A DNA stretch of 64,000 nt from Eledone cirrhosa (lineage: Eukaryota). Where the stretch lies: NCBI GenBank assembly GCA_964016885.1, contig OZ024752.1, positions 35,898,001 to 35,962,000 of the forward strand, in the 5' to 3' direction. The position numbers and the translations under genes were made by a program. Of this stretch, positions 11,660 to 25,900 are shown piece after piece. The notes beneath the pieces are model-generated. The model searched no databases. It was given only the letters and a program-made list of their open reading frames with translations, and was not told the DNA's origin. Within the stretch, counting starts at the first letter, position 1. Each line of letters begins with the position of its first letter.

Positions 11660-14600
11660 AGCAGTATCGGTAGAGGGTCGGATGCCATGTTTTCCAGCAA
11701 ATAGTTACGTCCCTTTACGGACTGAGTTCAAATCCCGCCGAGGTTAACTTTGCCTTTCATCCTTACAGGGTCGATAAAATAAAGTACCAGTCACGTACTG
11801 GGGTCGACTTAATCGACTTTCCCTCCCCCAAATTACTGGCCTTGTGCCTGTACTAGAAATCATTATTGATACTGGATTGGCAGTATCGGTAGAGGGTCGG
11901 ACGCCATGCTTTCCAGTATAGTTACGTCCCTTTACGGACTGAGTTCATATCCCGCCGAGGTTAACTTTGCCTTTCATCCTTACAGGGTCTATAAAATAAA
12001 ATACCAGTAATGCACTGGGTAATTGCTGGCCTTGTACCAAAAGTAGAAACAATTAAATATATTATTGATACTAGTAAAGACTCACAGCTCAATGGTTAGG
12101 GTGTTGGGCTTACAATAGTGCGGTTATGAGTTCGATTCCTGGACCAGGCAGTGTGCTATGTGTTGTTTCCTTTAGTAAGGCACTTTATTTCATGTGACTC
12201 CAGTTCACTCAGTTGTAGAAATGAATTGCGGCGTCACTGCTGCTAAGCTGTATTAGCCATTGCCTTTTCCTTGGACAGCATCACATATAGTATGTATATA
12301 GTGTATATATATATTGTATAGAGTTCATTATATATAGTGTATATATAAGGGCGGTGGATTGGCAGTATCGGTAGAGGGTCGGACGCCATGCTTGGACGTA
12401 TAGAGTTACGGCCGTTGCCATTCTGAATTCAAATCCCGCCGAGGTTAACTTTGCCTTTCATCCTTACGGGGTCGATAAAATAAAGTACCAGTAATGCACT
12501 GAGATAATTGCTGGCCTTGTGCCAAAAAGTAGAAACGATTATATATAGTATATATATATACAGTAGATATTGTATATGTATATATTGTATGTATATTGTA
12601 TATATGAGTTGCAACACCACTGGTGCTATTTGTATCTGCCTTTCCCTTGGACAACATCGGTGGCGTGGAGAGGGAATACTGGTGAGCATGGGTGTTTGCT
12701 TGTCTTCCACAAACAAACTTGCCCGCAGATGAGGGAACTTTCTGGGTGCAAATCCCTTCGCCTTTCTATCCTTCCAGAGAAGGATAAAAAGCCCAAGGAA
12801 TTTGCACCTAAAGGAGAGGGTAGAAAGTGGGAGAGAGATATAGAAGAAAAATTGCTCCCAGTACTAAGCTGGTACTTTTTATCTATTAAATAACGATATT
12901 TAAATATCTTATTCACTATGCCTCATATAACATAGTGTTATTATCCAGCCGATGGCGGTGGATTGGCAGTATCGTTAGAGGGTCGGACACCATGCTTTCC
13001 AGCATAGTTACGTCCCTTTACGTTCTGAGTTCAAATCCCGCCGAGGTTGACTTTGCTTTTCATCCTTACGGGGTCGATAAAATAAAGTACCAGTCATGCA
13101 CTGGGTAATTGCTGGCCTTGTGCCTAAAGTAGAAACAGTTATTATCCAGCCGAGGTTAGTTTTGCCTTTCATCCTTACAGGATCGTTAAAATAAAGTACC
13201 AGTGATTCACGGGGTCAATTTCCTTAACTTTTCCTACCTACCCCACCAAAATTGTTGGCTTTGTGCCTAAATCAGAAAGCATTATTTTGATTGGCGGTGG
13301 ATTAGCAGTATTGGTAGAGGGTCAGACGCCATACTTTGCAGCATAGAGTTACGGCCCTTCACGATCTGAGTTAAAATCCCACCAAGGTTAACTTTGCCTT
13401 TCATCCTTACGGGGGTCGATAAAATAAAGTACCAGTAATACACTGAAATAATTGCTGGCCTTGTGCCAAAAGTAGAAACAATTATTATGAATATAATACC
13501 TGCCAAGGTTAGCTTTGCCTTTCATCCTTACGGGGTCGATAAAATAAAGTACCAGTAATACGCTGGGATAATTGCTGGCCTTGTGCCAAAAGTAGAACCA
13601 ATTATTTTGATGTCAGTGTTTTGTAGTTTACAGAATCAAACACATTGTTTTAGTTTTAGAATTATTTCAGGCGTAATTTGAAGTTTATATAGGGAGTTAC
13701 TTGACATTAGATATTTTACAAACAAACTAAAGAGTTTGGGGATCGGGTGAATCACTAAATGACCTTTACTGAAGCTACACTTTTAAGGGTAGTAAGGGTA
13801 GAAGGTATTTTGTATTTAGTAGTTGTAGCCTTATTTCAGGGGCTGGAAGAATGCTAATTAGATGTTACTGTTAAAATTCCACATTTTGTAGGCTGCAACA
13901 ACAAGTAAAACAACTAAAACAACAAAAGAAGAGGAGACTAAAATTCAGTGGGGGTGAAGCAGCGGAATCAACAGATTGCCCTGATTTCGATTGGTTTCGT
14001 TTACTTTAGTTTGGTTCAGTTTGTTTACAGCCTGCAGTAGCTACATTATCTATCCTTTGGCAGTATCGGTAAGGGTCGGACGCCATGCTTTGAAGCATAG
14101 AGTTACCTCCCTTTATGATCTGAGTTCAAATCCCGCCGAGGTTAACTTTGCCTTTCATCCTTACGGGGTCGATAAAATAAAGTACCAGTAATGCACTGGA
14201 ATAATTGCTGGCCTTGTGCCAAAAGTAGAAACAATTATCTATCCTTCCCTCCCCGGTCTCAACCCCAACCCCCTCCTCTCCAACTCATATTTCTACCTAG
14301 CTACCCCTCTCACCACCTCACCCTTTCCCCTGACGAACTAACCCTCACCCCCTATCGGATGAAAGTGCATTGCACTACTTATTTCGGTTCCTTGCATTTT
14401 GTGTTCAAATCTTGCCTAGGTCAACTTTATGTCTAGTCAGGGCCAAACTTTCACCTGCTGAGACCCTAAGCTATTTGAAATTTGAGGTCCTTCTCTAAAA
14501 ACATTCAGGTAAAAAAAATTTTAATAATTTTACATGATTATTATTTATGGCAGTATCGGTAGAGAGTCAGACGCCATGCTTTGCAGGATAGAGTTACGGC

Positions 14601-15737
14601 CCTTTATGATCTGAGTTCAAATCCTGCCGAAGTTAACATTGCCTTTCATCCTTACGGGATCGATTTAATCGACTTTCCCCTCCCACAAAATTGCTGGCCT
14701 TGTGCCTATATAAGAAGCCATTATTTATTACAAAATTAAATTACATTCATACATGTATACAACGCAGAGTTAAACCCTCAGATACTACTGGTACTCATTT
14801 TCAGATGAGTATATTGGAGTAACATGAAATGAAGGGTTTTGCTCAAAAATACAATACACAACGCACCCGAGGAATCGAACCCACGACATTATGATACGTT
14901 TAACACCTTTACCACTAAGCCACATGCCTCCACTATATAGATGATAAACAATACATTGGACATTGTCTATCAATAATTAAACATGAATGTTTATCTTACA
15001 ATTTCTTTGTTTTGTTTTTACAATCTTTGTTTTGTTCAAATTTTATGATAATTTATTCATGTCAAACCACACGTAACTCTCACGCTTCTATGCAAATAAT
15101 TGTTTCTACTTTTGGCACAAGGCCAGCAATTATCCAGTACATTACTGGTACTCTATTTTATCGACCCCCGTAAGGATGAAAGGCAAAGTTAACCACGGCG
15201 GGATTTGAACTCAGCAAATAATGATTTCTAGTATAGGCACAAGGTCAGTACTTTGGGGGGAGGGGAAGTCGATTAAATCGACTCCAGTACGTTACTGGTA
15301 CTTTATTTTATCGACCCCGTAAGGATGAAAGGCAAAGTTAACCTCGGCGGGATTTGAACTCAGCAAATAATGATTTCTAGTATAGGCACAAGGTCAGTAC
15401 TTTGGGGGTAGGGGAAGTCGATTAAATCGACCCCAGTACGTTACTGGTGCTTTATTTTATCGACCCCGTGAGGATGAAAGGCAAAGTTAACCTCGGCGGG
15501 ATTTGAACTCAGCAAATAATGATTCCTAGTATAGGCACAAGGTCAGTACTTTGGGGGGAGGGGAAGTCGATTAAATCGACCCCAGTACGGTACTGGTGCT
15601 TTATTTTATCGACCCCGTGAGGATGAAAGACAAAGTTAACCTCGCCGGGATTTGAACTCAGATCGTAAAGCACCGTAACTCTATGCTGCAAAGCATGGTG
15701 TCTGACTCTCTACCGATACTGCCAAATCCACCGCCCT
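11660..15737. mobile_element. Dense cluster of the same SINE family (more than 12 full or partial copies, short and long variants)
   Basis: Repeated consensus; TSD TTATTATCCAGCCGA at 12938 and 13139; 149-bp tandem of a SINE half at 15211-15660. Confidence 0.85.
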
Positions 15738-15904
15738 ATGCAAATAATACAATAGAGCAACAAATTTCTCGAGGGAATGCAATCTTAGTAAAAATGTTCA
15801 GTGTCTCCCTGTTTACGATGTCCTCTGCTTTAGAGAGGTCAATAAAACAGTGATATAGTAGTATCGTCTGGTCTCTATAGTTCTTTGAAGAAGTCTTTCA
15901 TTGC

Positions 15905-16112
15905 TCTATTCAAACTATACTTTGATGTGGTGTTTCCCGTAGCTTTCAAAGATAACTCAGGTGGTTTCTATATCAAGTATTCTACTTCAGGAAATGCATT
16001 CAACTTATGAAGCATTTTTTTTTTAATTTTTTTTTTTAGCCTCAACAAAAAATATCAGCCGCGCTGATTAGATAACATTTATACGCAGACGACTGCGACA
16101 TTGTGACACATG
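15905..16112 (+). mobile_element. Degraded RTE-type RT fragment
   Basis: GFYIKYSTSGNAFNL...LYADDCDIVTH. Confidence 0.55.
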
Positions 16113-16246
16113 CATGCATGCATGGTCCCGTAACTCCTGGTGGAGTCGTAGGAGCGCCGCAATGACATACGGCGTTTCTTGGACATTTTTTTAAAACCTG
16201 GGGGAGCCCATCTTCTCACCAGGTCTGAATGCAGCAGATTTCTTAT

Positions 16247-17000
16247 AGAGAAGGATAGAGAGATAGAAGGATAGAGAGATAGAAGGATAGAGAGATAGAG
16301 AGATAGAAGGATAGAGAGATAGAAGGATAGAGAGATAGAAGGATAGAGAGATAGAAGGATAGTGAGATAGAAGGATAGAGAGATAGAAGGATAGAGAGAT
16401 AGAAGGATAGAGAGATAGAAGGATAGTGAGATAGAAGGATAGAGAGATAGAAGGATAGAGAGATAGAAGGATAGAGAGATAGAAGGATAGTGAGATAGAA
16501 GGATAGAGAGATAGAAGGTTAGAGAGATAGAAGGATAGAGAGATAGAAGGATAGTGAGATAGAAGGATAGAGAGATAGAAGGATAGAGAGATAGAAGGAT
16601 AGAGAGATAGAAGGATAGTGAGATAGAAGGATAGAGAGATAGAAGGATAGAGAGATAGAAGGATAGAGAGATAGAAGGATAGTGAGATAGAAGGATAGAG
16701 AGATAGAAGGATAGAGAGATAGAAGGATAGAGAGATAGAAGGATAGTGAGATAGAAGGATAGAGAGATAGAAGGATAGAGAGATAGAAGGATAGTGAGAT
16801 AGAAGGATAGAGAGATAGAAGGTTAGAGAGATAGAAGGATAGAGAGATAGAAGGATAGTGAGATAGAAGGATAGAGAGATAGAAGGATAGAGAGATAGAA
16901 GGATAGAGAGATAGAAGGATAGAGAGATAGAAGGATAGAGAGATAGAAGGATAGAGAGATAGAAGGATAGAGAGATAGAAGGATAGAGAGATAGATAGAT
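16247..17000. repeat. 16-bp satellite (GAGAGATAGAAGGATA)n, left flank of the Tx1 array
   Basis: Direct reading; variant unit GTGAGATAGAAGGATA recurs every 3-4 units. Confidence 0.95.
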
Positions 17001-17233
17001 AAATTTCTATTTATTTGCCACGAGGGCACAAAAGAAGGGGACATTTACACAGTGGGGGAGTTTACATAAATCGAGTAAAGAAAAAAGGAATAACAATAAT
17101 AATATAACAATAAAAAGTCCTCAAAAGGGAGGGGGCGTGTTGGGAATTGCACATACCCCCGAAAAGTGTGCAACTCTTTTCGCGGGGGAAGCCCAGAGAG
17201 GAGGCGCTCCCCCTTTCCTCTTCACTTCTTCAC

Positions 17234-20200
17234 CTACAGAACAATGTAGAGAGAAGGCCCATTTACACGGGCCATTCTCGCTTCTTTCACCCACCTTTCA
17301 TAAAACTGTCTGGGACCAAGCACTTCTCTCTCCATCCTGATTCTTCTTCCGAAGTGGTATCGGAAGAAGTAAACCAGGTGATGGCCGGAGAGAAAGTCAC
17401 CCGACCTCAGACCTTTCAGGCGCGTCCACCACACAACCTCTTTCATCATGGCTATTACGCACAGAAAGACCGCCTCTGCTTCATTTCTGAAGGGAGGAGG
17501 CGGCTTGATGTTCACCACAGACTCGGCGGTTAATCGAATCGGCGCCACACGCGACAGCAGTCGTTCGACGTAGCCCCACAGATCGGCAACGCCCGGGCAG
17601 TGTACCAGTGCATGCGCAACGGTTTCCTCGTCGCGCACGCATCTGGGACAGATCTTTTTCGCGGGATCCCTGCCCGGGCGCCCGTGTCTGTAGAGCTTTT
17701 CTCGAACGGGCAGAGCCCCCCGGTAACACTGCCAGGCTAGGGACCTCTGGAAGTTGTCCATGGGTCCCGGGCCGAAAGTTCTACCGAACAGGCTGGCCAG
17801 TTCGTCCTCCTCCATGCCTAGCGACTCTCCAAGGGTGTCGTCGCCCCTGCTAGCCACCAACCCTCTATAGAATGTCGAGGTGGATTCTCCACTGACAGTC
17901 GGGTCCGCTTGCCAGATAGCCGTGAGCGCCTGGGCACACTCGGTGTGCCAGTTGCCCAGTTTTCTCGGTCTTTGCTTCACCCAGGATTGCAGTTCGGTGA
18001 GCGAGACGAGCTGTGGGAAGGCTCGCCTCACAAACGGGGCCCACACCGGCTGACCGTTGAGGAATACCTGTAGATGCCGTAGCCTCAATGCGTGCCTACG
18101 CATCAACAGCCACGGCATACCCAGCCCTCCTTTCGAAGGGTGCTGGCAGCAGATGGATCTCCTCACCATGGGAGGCCGCTTCTTCCAGAGGAACTGGAAG
18201 AGCATGCGTTCCATGATGGTGAGCTTTTCCTTGGGGCAAGGCACGACGGTCAGGCGGTAGTAGATGACGGACGCTATGTAAGCGTTCGTCACCTCCGCCC
18301 GACCTTTCAGTGATAGTTTGCACTTGGCCCACTTCTGGGTCAGCGCAAACACCCTGCTCGTCACCTCGCCCCAATTCTTCTCCACCTGGAGGTCCGGTCC
18401 GAACCAGACCCCGAGCAGCTTCACCGGGCCCTCCGTCCACCGCCCGACGACACCGTCTAACGGCATCGGTTTGCCCCTCCACGTTCCGAGTTGCAAACCG
18501 ACTGACTTGTCCTGGTTCAGCTTAGCCCCCGTCAGCCTTTCGTATTCCTCCAGTAGGGTGGCGATCGCCCCGATTTCCGAGGCGTCCGCCACCATTACTG
18601 TTACGTCGTCGGCATAGGCCGAGACCGCTTTGTGCAATCCCGGTTCCAGGGGTATGCCCCGCAGCAACTCCAACTTCCGCAGCAGTGGCTCGAGAGTCAA
18701 TACGTACAGAAGGGAGGAGAGGGGGCACCCCTGTCTGATGGATCGGGTGATTTGAAACGGCTCCGAGAGGTAGCCGTTTACTTTAATCCTAGAGTAGATG
18801 TTGCCACTGTGCATGGCAGAAATCCAGCCCCTGAAAATGGGTCCGAAGCCCGCCGCCGCTAGCACCGCATCCAGGTAACCATGGTCGACCCTATCGAACG
18901 CCTTAGATTGATCCAAGTTGATCAGGGCCCCACCAAAGCCGGGTTCGTAGCCAACCCTCTCTATGATGTATCGCATGAGGTGGAGGTTGTCGTGAATGGA
19001 CCTGGACGGGATAGCGCATGTCTGCGCGTCTCCCACCAAACCACCCACCACAAGCGCCAACCTCTTCGCCAACACCTTGGCCAAAATCTGTAACTCTGCA
19101 TTCAGCAGAGTTATGGGCCTAAAGTTACTTAAGTCGTCCCCCTTGCTCTCGTCCTTCCTCACTAGCGTGACCACGCCCTTGGTCACAGAACAGGGAATTC
19201 TCCCGTTCTGTTGCCAGTTGCAATAGACAGCCTCGAGGAGTTCGGAGAACAAGACCGGCATAGCTAAATAAAGTTCGTATGGTAGACCATCGAGACCCGG
19301 GGATTTGCGTCTGCTGCATTGGCTGAGCGCTTCCCCGATTTCAGTGGCTGTGATTGGCCTTTCGCAGCACTCCGCTTCGCCGCTCGAAAGACGCGGTAGA
19401 CCGTCGAGGTATGGACCGAAGTCCACATCCCCGTCCGGCCCCCCGCCACCTCCGAACAGTCGAGCAAAGTGCCTTTGAAAGGTCTCGCACATTCGCTCAG
19501 GTTCAAGGATCACCCGTCCATCCTGGTCTCGCAAAGACCGAATGGTGGATTTAATCCCACTCTTGGCTTCTGTCACGCGGGCCCAGCTAACAGCTTTGGT
19601 CCCCTCGTTTCCTAAAGCACGTATTTTACTTCGGACAACGCAGCCTTCGTGCTTCGCGTCAAAGAACTGGCTCAATGCCGTTCTCGTCGCTAACACTCTG
19701 GCTACGTCTCCGCTCCTAATCGCCTCTTCTAGTTTATCTGTTAACTCCCTTTCCTTCCTACTTCTATTCGCCGCTAGTTCCTTACTGTAACCTATCGAAC
19801 TTACTCTAATCTCTCTCTTTAGAGATACCCACCACCTACTGTTGACGATCGCTCCCGTCAACCGCATCTTAACTAAGCTACTAATCCGGTTTCTGTAATC
19901 TTTCTTTGTCGGTAAGGACAAGTTCATCTTCCAGTAACCGGGACCCTGTCTATGCGTTCTATCAAGGTTGACCACGCAGGTCACTAATTTGTGATCTGAA
20001 TAGCCAACCATGATCAGTTCTGGACAACTAAATACGTCCCTATCCTTACTCCTAACCAAAAACCTATCTAGGTACGATCTAGATTGTCCACTGCGGTTTG
20101 CCCAGGTCCAGGTTGGCGCAGTTGGACAATCTAGTCGAAATCTATCGACCAGGTTGAATCGATCGAGTAACCCCTTGAGGCTGCTACACCCCCCTCTATC

Positions 20201-20667
20201 GGGACATGCCCCTGCATAGTCCCAACGCGCATCTAGGATTCCATTCCAGTCCCCCACTAAAAGCAGGGAACGCGACGTTCCTAGAAAAGTCTCCAGACGC
20301 TGGAAGAAGTCGGCTCTTTCCGCCCCGAAGGGAGCATAAAGACCGACCAGTCTGAAAGCCCCGCCTTCACCGCCTCCGACGTCCAGCACCAGTAATCGAC
20401 CCCCCGGGTCCGAGTGAACAATCTGTACGTCGAGAGTCAGACGTTTATCCAGCAGTACGGCAACTCCCCCCCACCCCCGCCTCCGAGTTGACAGAGAGAT
20501 GCGTGCATCTCAAAGTCATCGAAGGCAGGCGCCAGCTGTCTCACGCTGCTGATCCGACTCTCGCAAACAACCATCACATCTATACTTTGTGACCTGAGGT
20601 CACTTAGAAGCTTTGCTTGCTTCCAAGCTGAGCCCAGGCCACGCGCGTTCAAACAGCCAACTCTCAA
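17234..20667 (-). pseudogene. Copy 1 ORF2, frameshifted at a C-run (~20466-20478)
   Basis: The N-terminal 76-aa ORF and the 1051-aa ORF join if the C-run had the copy-3 length. Confidence 0.8.
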
Positions 20668-20672
20668 TTGAT

Positions 20673-22527
20673 CTATTTTGGTGTTGAAAGTGAAGAAAGA
20701 AAAGCACTTACCTCTCCGGGTTGCGTAATTTCCATGGCATCAGGTGTGTTGGGTGGAGGGATGTTTTGTGGTGGTGTGGGGGTACACGTGTGTGGTGGGG
20801 TTGGGGTATTTGGAGTTGTGTCAGGGAGAGGGGCGGTTATGGGGAAATCTTTCAAGAGGACGCGATTCAACGGTTTTAAACAGGGGGGGGGGGGGGGGGC
20901 TCACGTCCCGTCTAAATTGTTCTTTTAAGGAACGATAAAGGTCCAGAGGGACCTTTATCATTTTTAAATGGGTGAAGTTCTCTGTTGAGATAAAGTTTGG
21001 CCCTTCGGTCTGCACCATAGGGTTATTGTTTATTAATTTAACCAGTTTTTTGTTTTCTTTATTTATATATGTGTATTGCAACGTCTTTTTTTGTGATGCT
21101 GTCAATGTTTCGGAGAGGGGAGGCGCAGATTTATTTTTGTTTGTTGAGGGTGGGGTGTTTTTGATTGGAGTTGGTGTTTGTGTGTGGGTTATTTGTGGTG
21201 TGCTGGGTGTGTGTTTTCTTTTTTTTCTTTTAACTTGTCTGAAGGCTTCTCCTCCTTCTTCTTCAGAAGTTGGGGGAAACTCTTCAGCGCTAGGTGGGAG
21301 GGACGTGTTGTGTGGTTGTTTTTTTTTTGCGGGAGGGGTAGATTTGTTACTGTTTTTTTTATTATTTGTTTGGAATGGGTTTTGTGGTGGTGGTGGTAAT
21401 GTTTGTGTCGTGCTTGTGGTTGGTGATGGTGGTGGTGATGTTTGTGTTGTGGTTGGTGGTGGTGATTTTTGTGTCGTGCTTGTGTTTGGTGCTGGTGGTG
21501 GTGATGTTTGTGTTGTGTTTGTGGTTGGTGGTGTCTGTATTTTGTTTGCTGTGTGTGGTATTAGTGTATTTTTGGAGGTGGGTGGTGTTGGTGTACTGTT
21601 TGTGGTGGGTGTGGGCAATAGTCCTTTTTGGGGGATACGTTTCGGGCAGTTAGCCTTAACGTGTCCCCTTTCCATGCATAAATAGCATGCTGGTCTTCTC
21701 CCCTCTACAATTATGTCTATTGGGGTAAGGTCATCCAGCCAGATGCGATCCGGGATTTGTGCTATTCTTTCGGGCCTCATTTGGACTAGTATGTCGAGGC
21801 CCATTCCCAGGAACGCATCTCCAGTTGCCTTCCCCATTGACAGCATTGTGTCTTCGCCCATATCAATGAAGCCAGCAATAGCCCACCAGAAGTCCATTGT
21901 GGGCAGCATTGTTTTTACTTTTACTCTCTGTGTTCTTCTACCCATGTAGGAGGGATAGAAGCTATATGTTGTCGATGAGAGTGGGCTTAGGGAAAGCTTC
22001 TCCGCCGTTTCTTTGTCTCTTGTTAGGACCAAAATGCTGCCATAGAGTCGGTCCTTTCGTATGAAGAGAATATTCTTCATATAGTCTTTTAGGACTAACT
22101 CTATTTCCATTTGGCTGGGCTGTGCTGGCTTTCTTGTCTGGTTGAGTATAGTTCTGTAGAGAACTGTGTTTTCTGCTCTGGCTTTCTTGAATTCTGGGGG
22201 GGGGGGGGGGGGGGAGTTAATGGAAAACATTCCGTTCTCCCCCAAAACAATGTGTTTCTTTGCTTCGGCCAGTTTTTCTCTGGCGGCAGTTAGGTCAATT
22301 GGTGTGTATGTAATGGATTGTTTTGTTTTCTGGGCGAAAGTTGCCCTGTCGTTATTTGTATTATTTTCTGTTTGTTTGTTTTCTGTTTGCTCATTTTCCT
22401 TAACATTTGTTTTATCATTTTCTTTGTTTGTTTCAATGTCTAATTTTGTTGTGATTATTTTTTGTTCTTCAGACTTGGGGGGCGTGGCAGAGCTAATGGC
22501 AGACATGTCTGCCATCTTTTCCGCCAT
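20673..22527 (-). pseudogene. Copy 1 ORF1, frameshifted at a G-run (20883-20899)
   Basis: Matches copy 3 ORF1; the G-run is 17 nt versus 7 nt in copy 3. Confidence 0.8.
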
Positions 22528-22974
22528 GCTCCCAAGAAAGAAATTTTTCGGCAAAAATAGATATTTATTTTACCCCCTAAAAAGGGGGTAAATGCAAAAA
22601 TGTTTCCCTAAATAACAGGGGTTAGTGTTCCAAATGTGTTGCACTAAAAAATTTATCCGGTACTTACAATAGTAAGGGTAAATCCCGATGGAATAGCGTA
22701 GCCGATGCGAAGCGTGTCTTACTCTATCAAGATAGATAGATAAATTTCTATTTATTTGCCACGTGGGCACAAAAGAAGGGGACATTTACACAGTGGGGGA
22801 GTTTACATAAATCGAGTAAAGAAAAAAGGAATAACAATAATAATATAACAATAAAAAGTCCTCAAAAGGGAGGGGGCGTGTTGGGGATTGCACATACCCC
22901 CGAAAAGTGTGCAACTCTTTTCGCGGGGGAAGCCCAGAGAGGAGGCGCTCCCCCTTTCCTCTTCACTTCTTCAC

Positions 22975-25900
22975 CTACAGAACAATGTAGAGAGAAGGCC
23001 CATTTACACGGGCCATTCTCGCTTCTTTCACCCACCTTTCATAAAACTGTCTGGGACCAAGCACTTCTCTCTCCATCCTGATTCTTCTTCCGAAGTGGTA
23101 TCGGAAGAAGTAAACCAGGTGATGGCCGGAGAGAAAGTCACCCGACCTCAGACCTTTCAGGCGCGTCCACCACACAACCTCTTTCATCATGGCTATTACG
23201 CACAGAAAGACCGCCTCTGCTTCATTTCTGAAGGGAGGAGGCGGCTTGATGTTCACCACAGACTCGGCGGTTAATCGAATCGGCGCCACACGCGACAGCA
23301 GTCGTTCGACGTAGCCCCACAGATCGGCAACGCCCGGGCAGTGTACCAGTGCATGCGCAACGGTTTCCTCGTCGCGCACGCATCTGGGACAGATCTTTTT
23401 CGCGGGATCCCTGCCCGGGCGCCCGTGTCTGTAGAGCTTTTCTCGAACGGGCAGAGCCCCCCGGTAACACTGCCAGGCTAGGGACCTCTGGAAGTTGTCC
23501 ATGGGTCCCGGGCCGAAAGTTCTACCGAACAGGCTGGCCAGTTCGTCCTCCTCCATGCCTAGCGACTCTCCAAGGGTGTCGTCGCCCCTGCTAGCCACCA
23601 ACCCTCTATAGAATGTCGAGGTGGATTCTCCACTGACAGTCGGGTCCGCTTGCCAGATAGCCGTGAGCGCCTGGGCACACTCGGTGTGCCAGTTGCCCAG
23701 TTTTCTCGGTCTTTGCTTCACCCAGGATTGCAGTTCGGTGAGCGAGACGAGCTGTGGGAAGGCTCGCCTCACAAACGGGGCCCACACCGGCTGACCGTTG
23801 AGGAATACCTGTAGATGCCGTAGCCTCAATGCGTGCCTACGCATCAACAGCCACGGCATACCCAGCCCTCCTTTCGAAGGGTGCTGGCAGCAGATGGATC
23901 TCCTCACAATGGGCGGCCGCTTCTTCCAGAGGAACTGGAAGAGCATGCGTTCCATGATGGTGAGCTTTTCCTTGGGGCAAGGCACGACGGTCAGGCGGTA
24001 GTAGATGACGGACGCTATGTAAGCGTTCGTCACCTCCGCCCGACCTTTCAGTGATAGTTTGCACTTGGCCCACTTCTGGGTCAGCGCAAACACCCTGCTC
24101 GTCACCTCGCCCCAATTCTTCTCCACCTGGAGGTCCGGTCCGAACCAGACCCCGAGCAGCTTCACCGGGCCCTCCGTCCACCGCCCGACGACACCGTCTA
24201 ACGGCATCGGTTTGCCCCTCCACGTTCCGAGTTGCAAACCGACTGACTTGTCCTGGTTCAGCTTAGCCCCCGTCAGCCTTTCGTATTCCTCCAGTAGGGT
24301 GGCGATCGCCCCGATTTCCGAGGCGTCCGCCACCATTACTGTTACGTCGTCGGCATAGGCCGAGACCGCTTTGTGCAATCCCGGTTCCAGGGGTATGCCC
24401 CGCAGCAACTCCAACTTCCGCAGCAGTGGCTCGAGAGTCAATACGTACAGAAGGGAGGAGAGGGGGCACCCCTGTCTGATGGATCGGGTGATTTGAAACG
24501 GCTCCGAGAGGTAGCCGTTTACTTTAATCCTAGAGTAGATGTTGCCACTGTGCATGGCAGAAATCCAGCCCCTGAAAATGGGTCCGAAGCCCGCCGCCGC
24601 TAGCACCGCATCCAGGTAACCATGGTCGACCCTATCGAACGCCTTAGATTGATCCAAGTTGATCAGGGCCCCACCAAAGCCGGGTTCGTAGCCAACCCTC
24701 TCTATGATGTATCGCATGAGGTGGAGGTTGTCGTGAATGGACCTGGACGGGATAGCGCATGTCTGCGCGTCTCCCACCAAACCACCCACCACAAGCGCCA
24801 ACCTCTTCGCCAACACCTTGGCCAAAATCTGTAACTCTGCATTTAGCAGAGTTATGGGCCTAAAGTTACTTAAGTCGTCCCCCTTGCTCTCGTCCTTCCT
24901 CACTAGCGTGACCACGCCCTTGGTCACAGAACAGGGAATTCTCCCGTTCTGTTGCCAGTTGCAATAGACAGCCTCGAGGAGTTCGGAGAACAAGACCGGC
25001 ATAGCTAAATAAAGTTCGTATGGTAGACCATCGAGACCCGGGGATTTGCGTCTGCTGCATTGGCTGAGCGCTTCCCCGATTTCAGTGGCTGTGATTGGCC
25101 TTTCGCAGCACTCCGCTTCGCCGCTCGAAAGACGCGGTAGACCGTCGAGGTATGGACCGAAGTCCACATCCCCGTCCGGCCCCCCGCCACCTCCGAACAG
25201 TCGAGCAAAGTGCCTTTGAAAGGTCTCGCACATTCGCTCAGGTTCAAGGATCACCCGTCCATCCTGGTCTCGCAAAGACCGAATGGTGGATTTAATCCCA
25301 CTCTTGGCTTCTGTCACGCGGGCCCAGCTAACAGCTTTGGTCCCCTCGTTTCCTAAAGCACGTATTTTACTTCGGACAACGCAGCCTTCGTGCTTCGCGT
25401 CAAAGAACTGGCTCAATGCCGTTCTCGTCGCTAACACTCTGGCTACGTCTCCGCTCCTAATCGCCTCTTCTAGTTTATCTGTTAACTCCCTTTCCCTCCT
25501 ATTTCTATTCGCCGCTAGTTCCTTACTGTAACCTATCGAACTTACTCTAATCTCTCTCTTTAGAGATATCCACCACCTACTGTTGACGATCGCTCCCGTC
25601 AACCGCATCTTAACTAAGCTACTAATCCGGTTTCTGTAATCTTTCTTTGTCGGTAAGGACAAGTTCATCTTCCAGTAACCGGGACCCTGTCTATGCGTTC
25701 TATCAAGGTTGACCACGCAGGTCACTAATTTGTGATCTGAATAGCCAACCATGATCAGTTCTGGACAACTAAATACGTCCCTATCCTTACTCCTAACCAA
25801 AAACCTATCTAGGTACGATCTAGATTGTCCACTGCGGTTTGCCCAGGTCCAGGTTGGCGCAGTTGGACAATCTAGTCGAAATCTATCGACCAGGTTGAAT

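Larger units (their letters stand above)
17001..22730 (-). mobile_element. Tx1/L1-clade non-LTR retrotransposon, full-length copy 1
   Basis: 5'UTR + ORF1 + ORF2 + 3'UTR with AATAAA just before the (TATC)n junction; flanked by GATAGATAGAT at 16990-17000 and 22731-22741. Confidence 0.95.

Noticed and set aside
12349-12440. SINE heads as tRNA genes
   Set aside because: A/B-box-like motifs only, no cloverleaf; they continue into the SINE body.
20972-21685. 237-aa plus-strand ORF (and its copies) as an antisense gene
   Set aside because: Mirror of the Pro/Thr-rich ORF1 region; no ATG start or recognisable domain.
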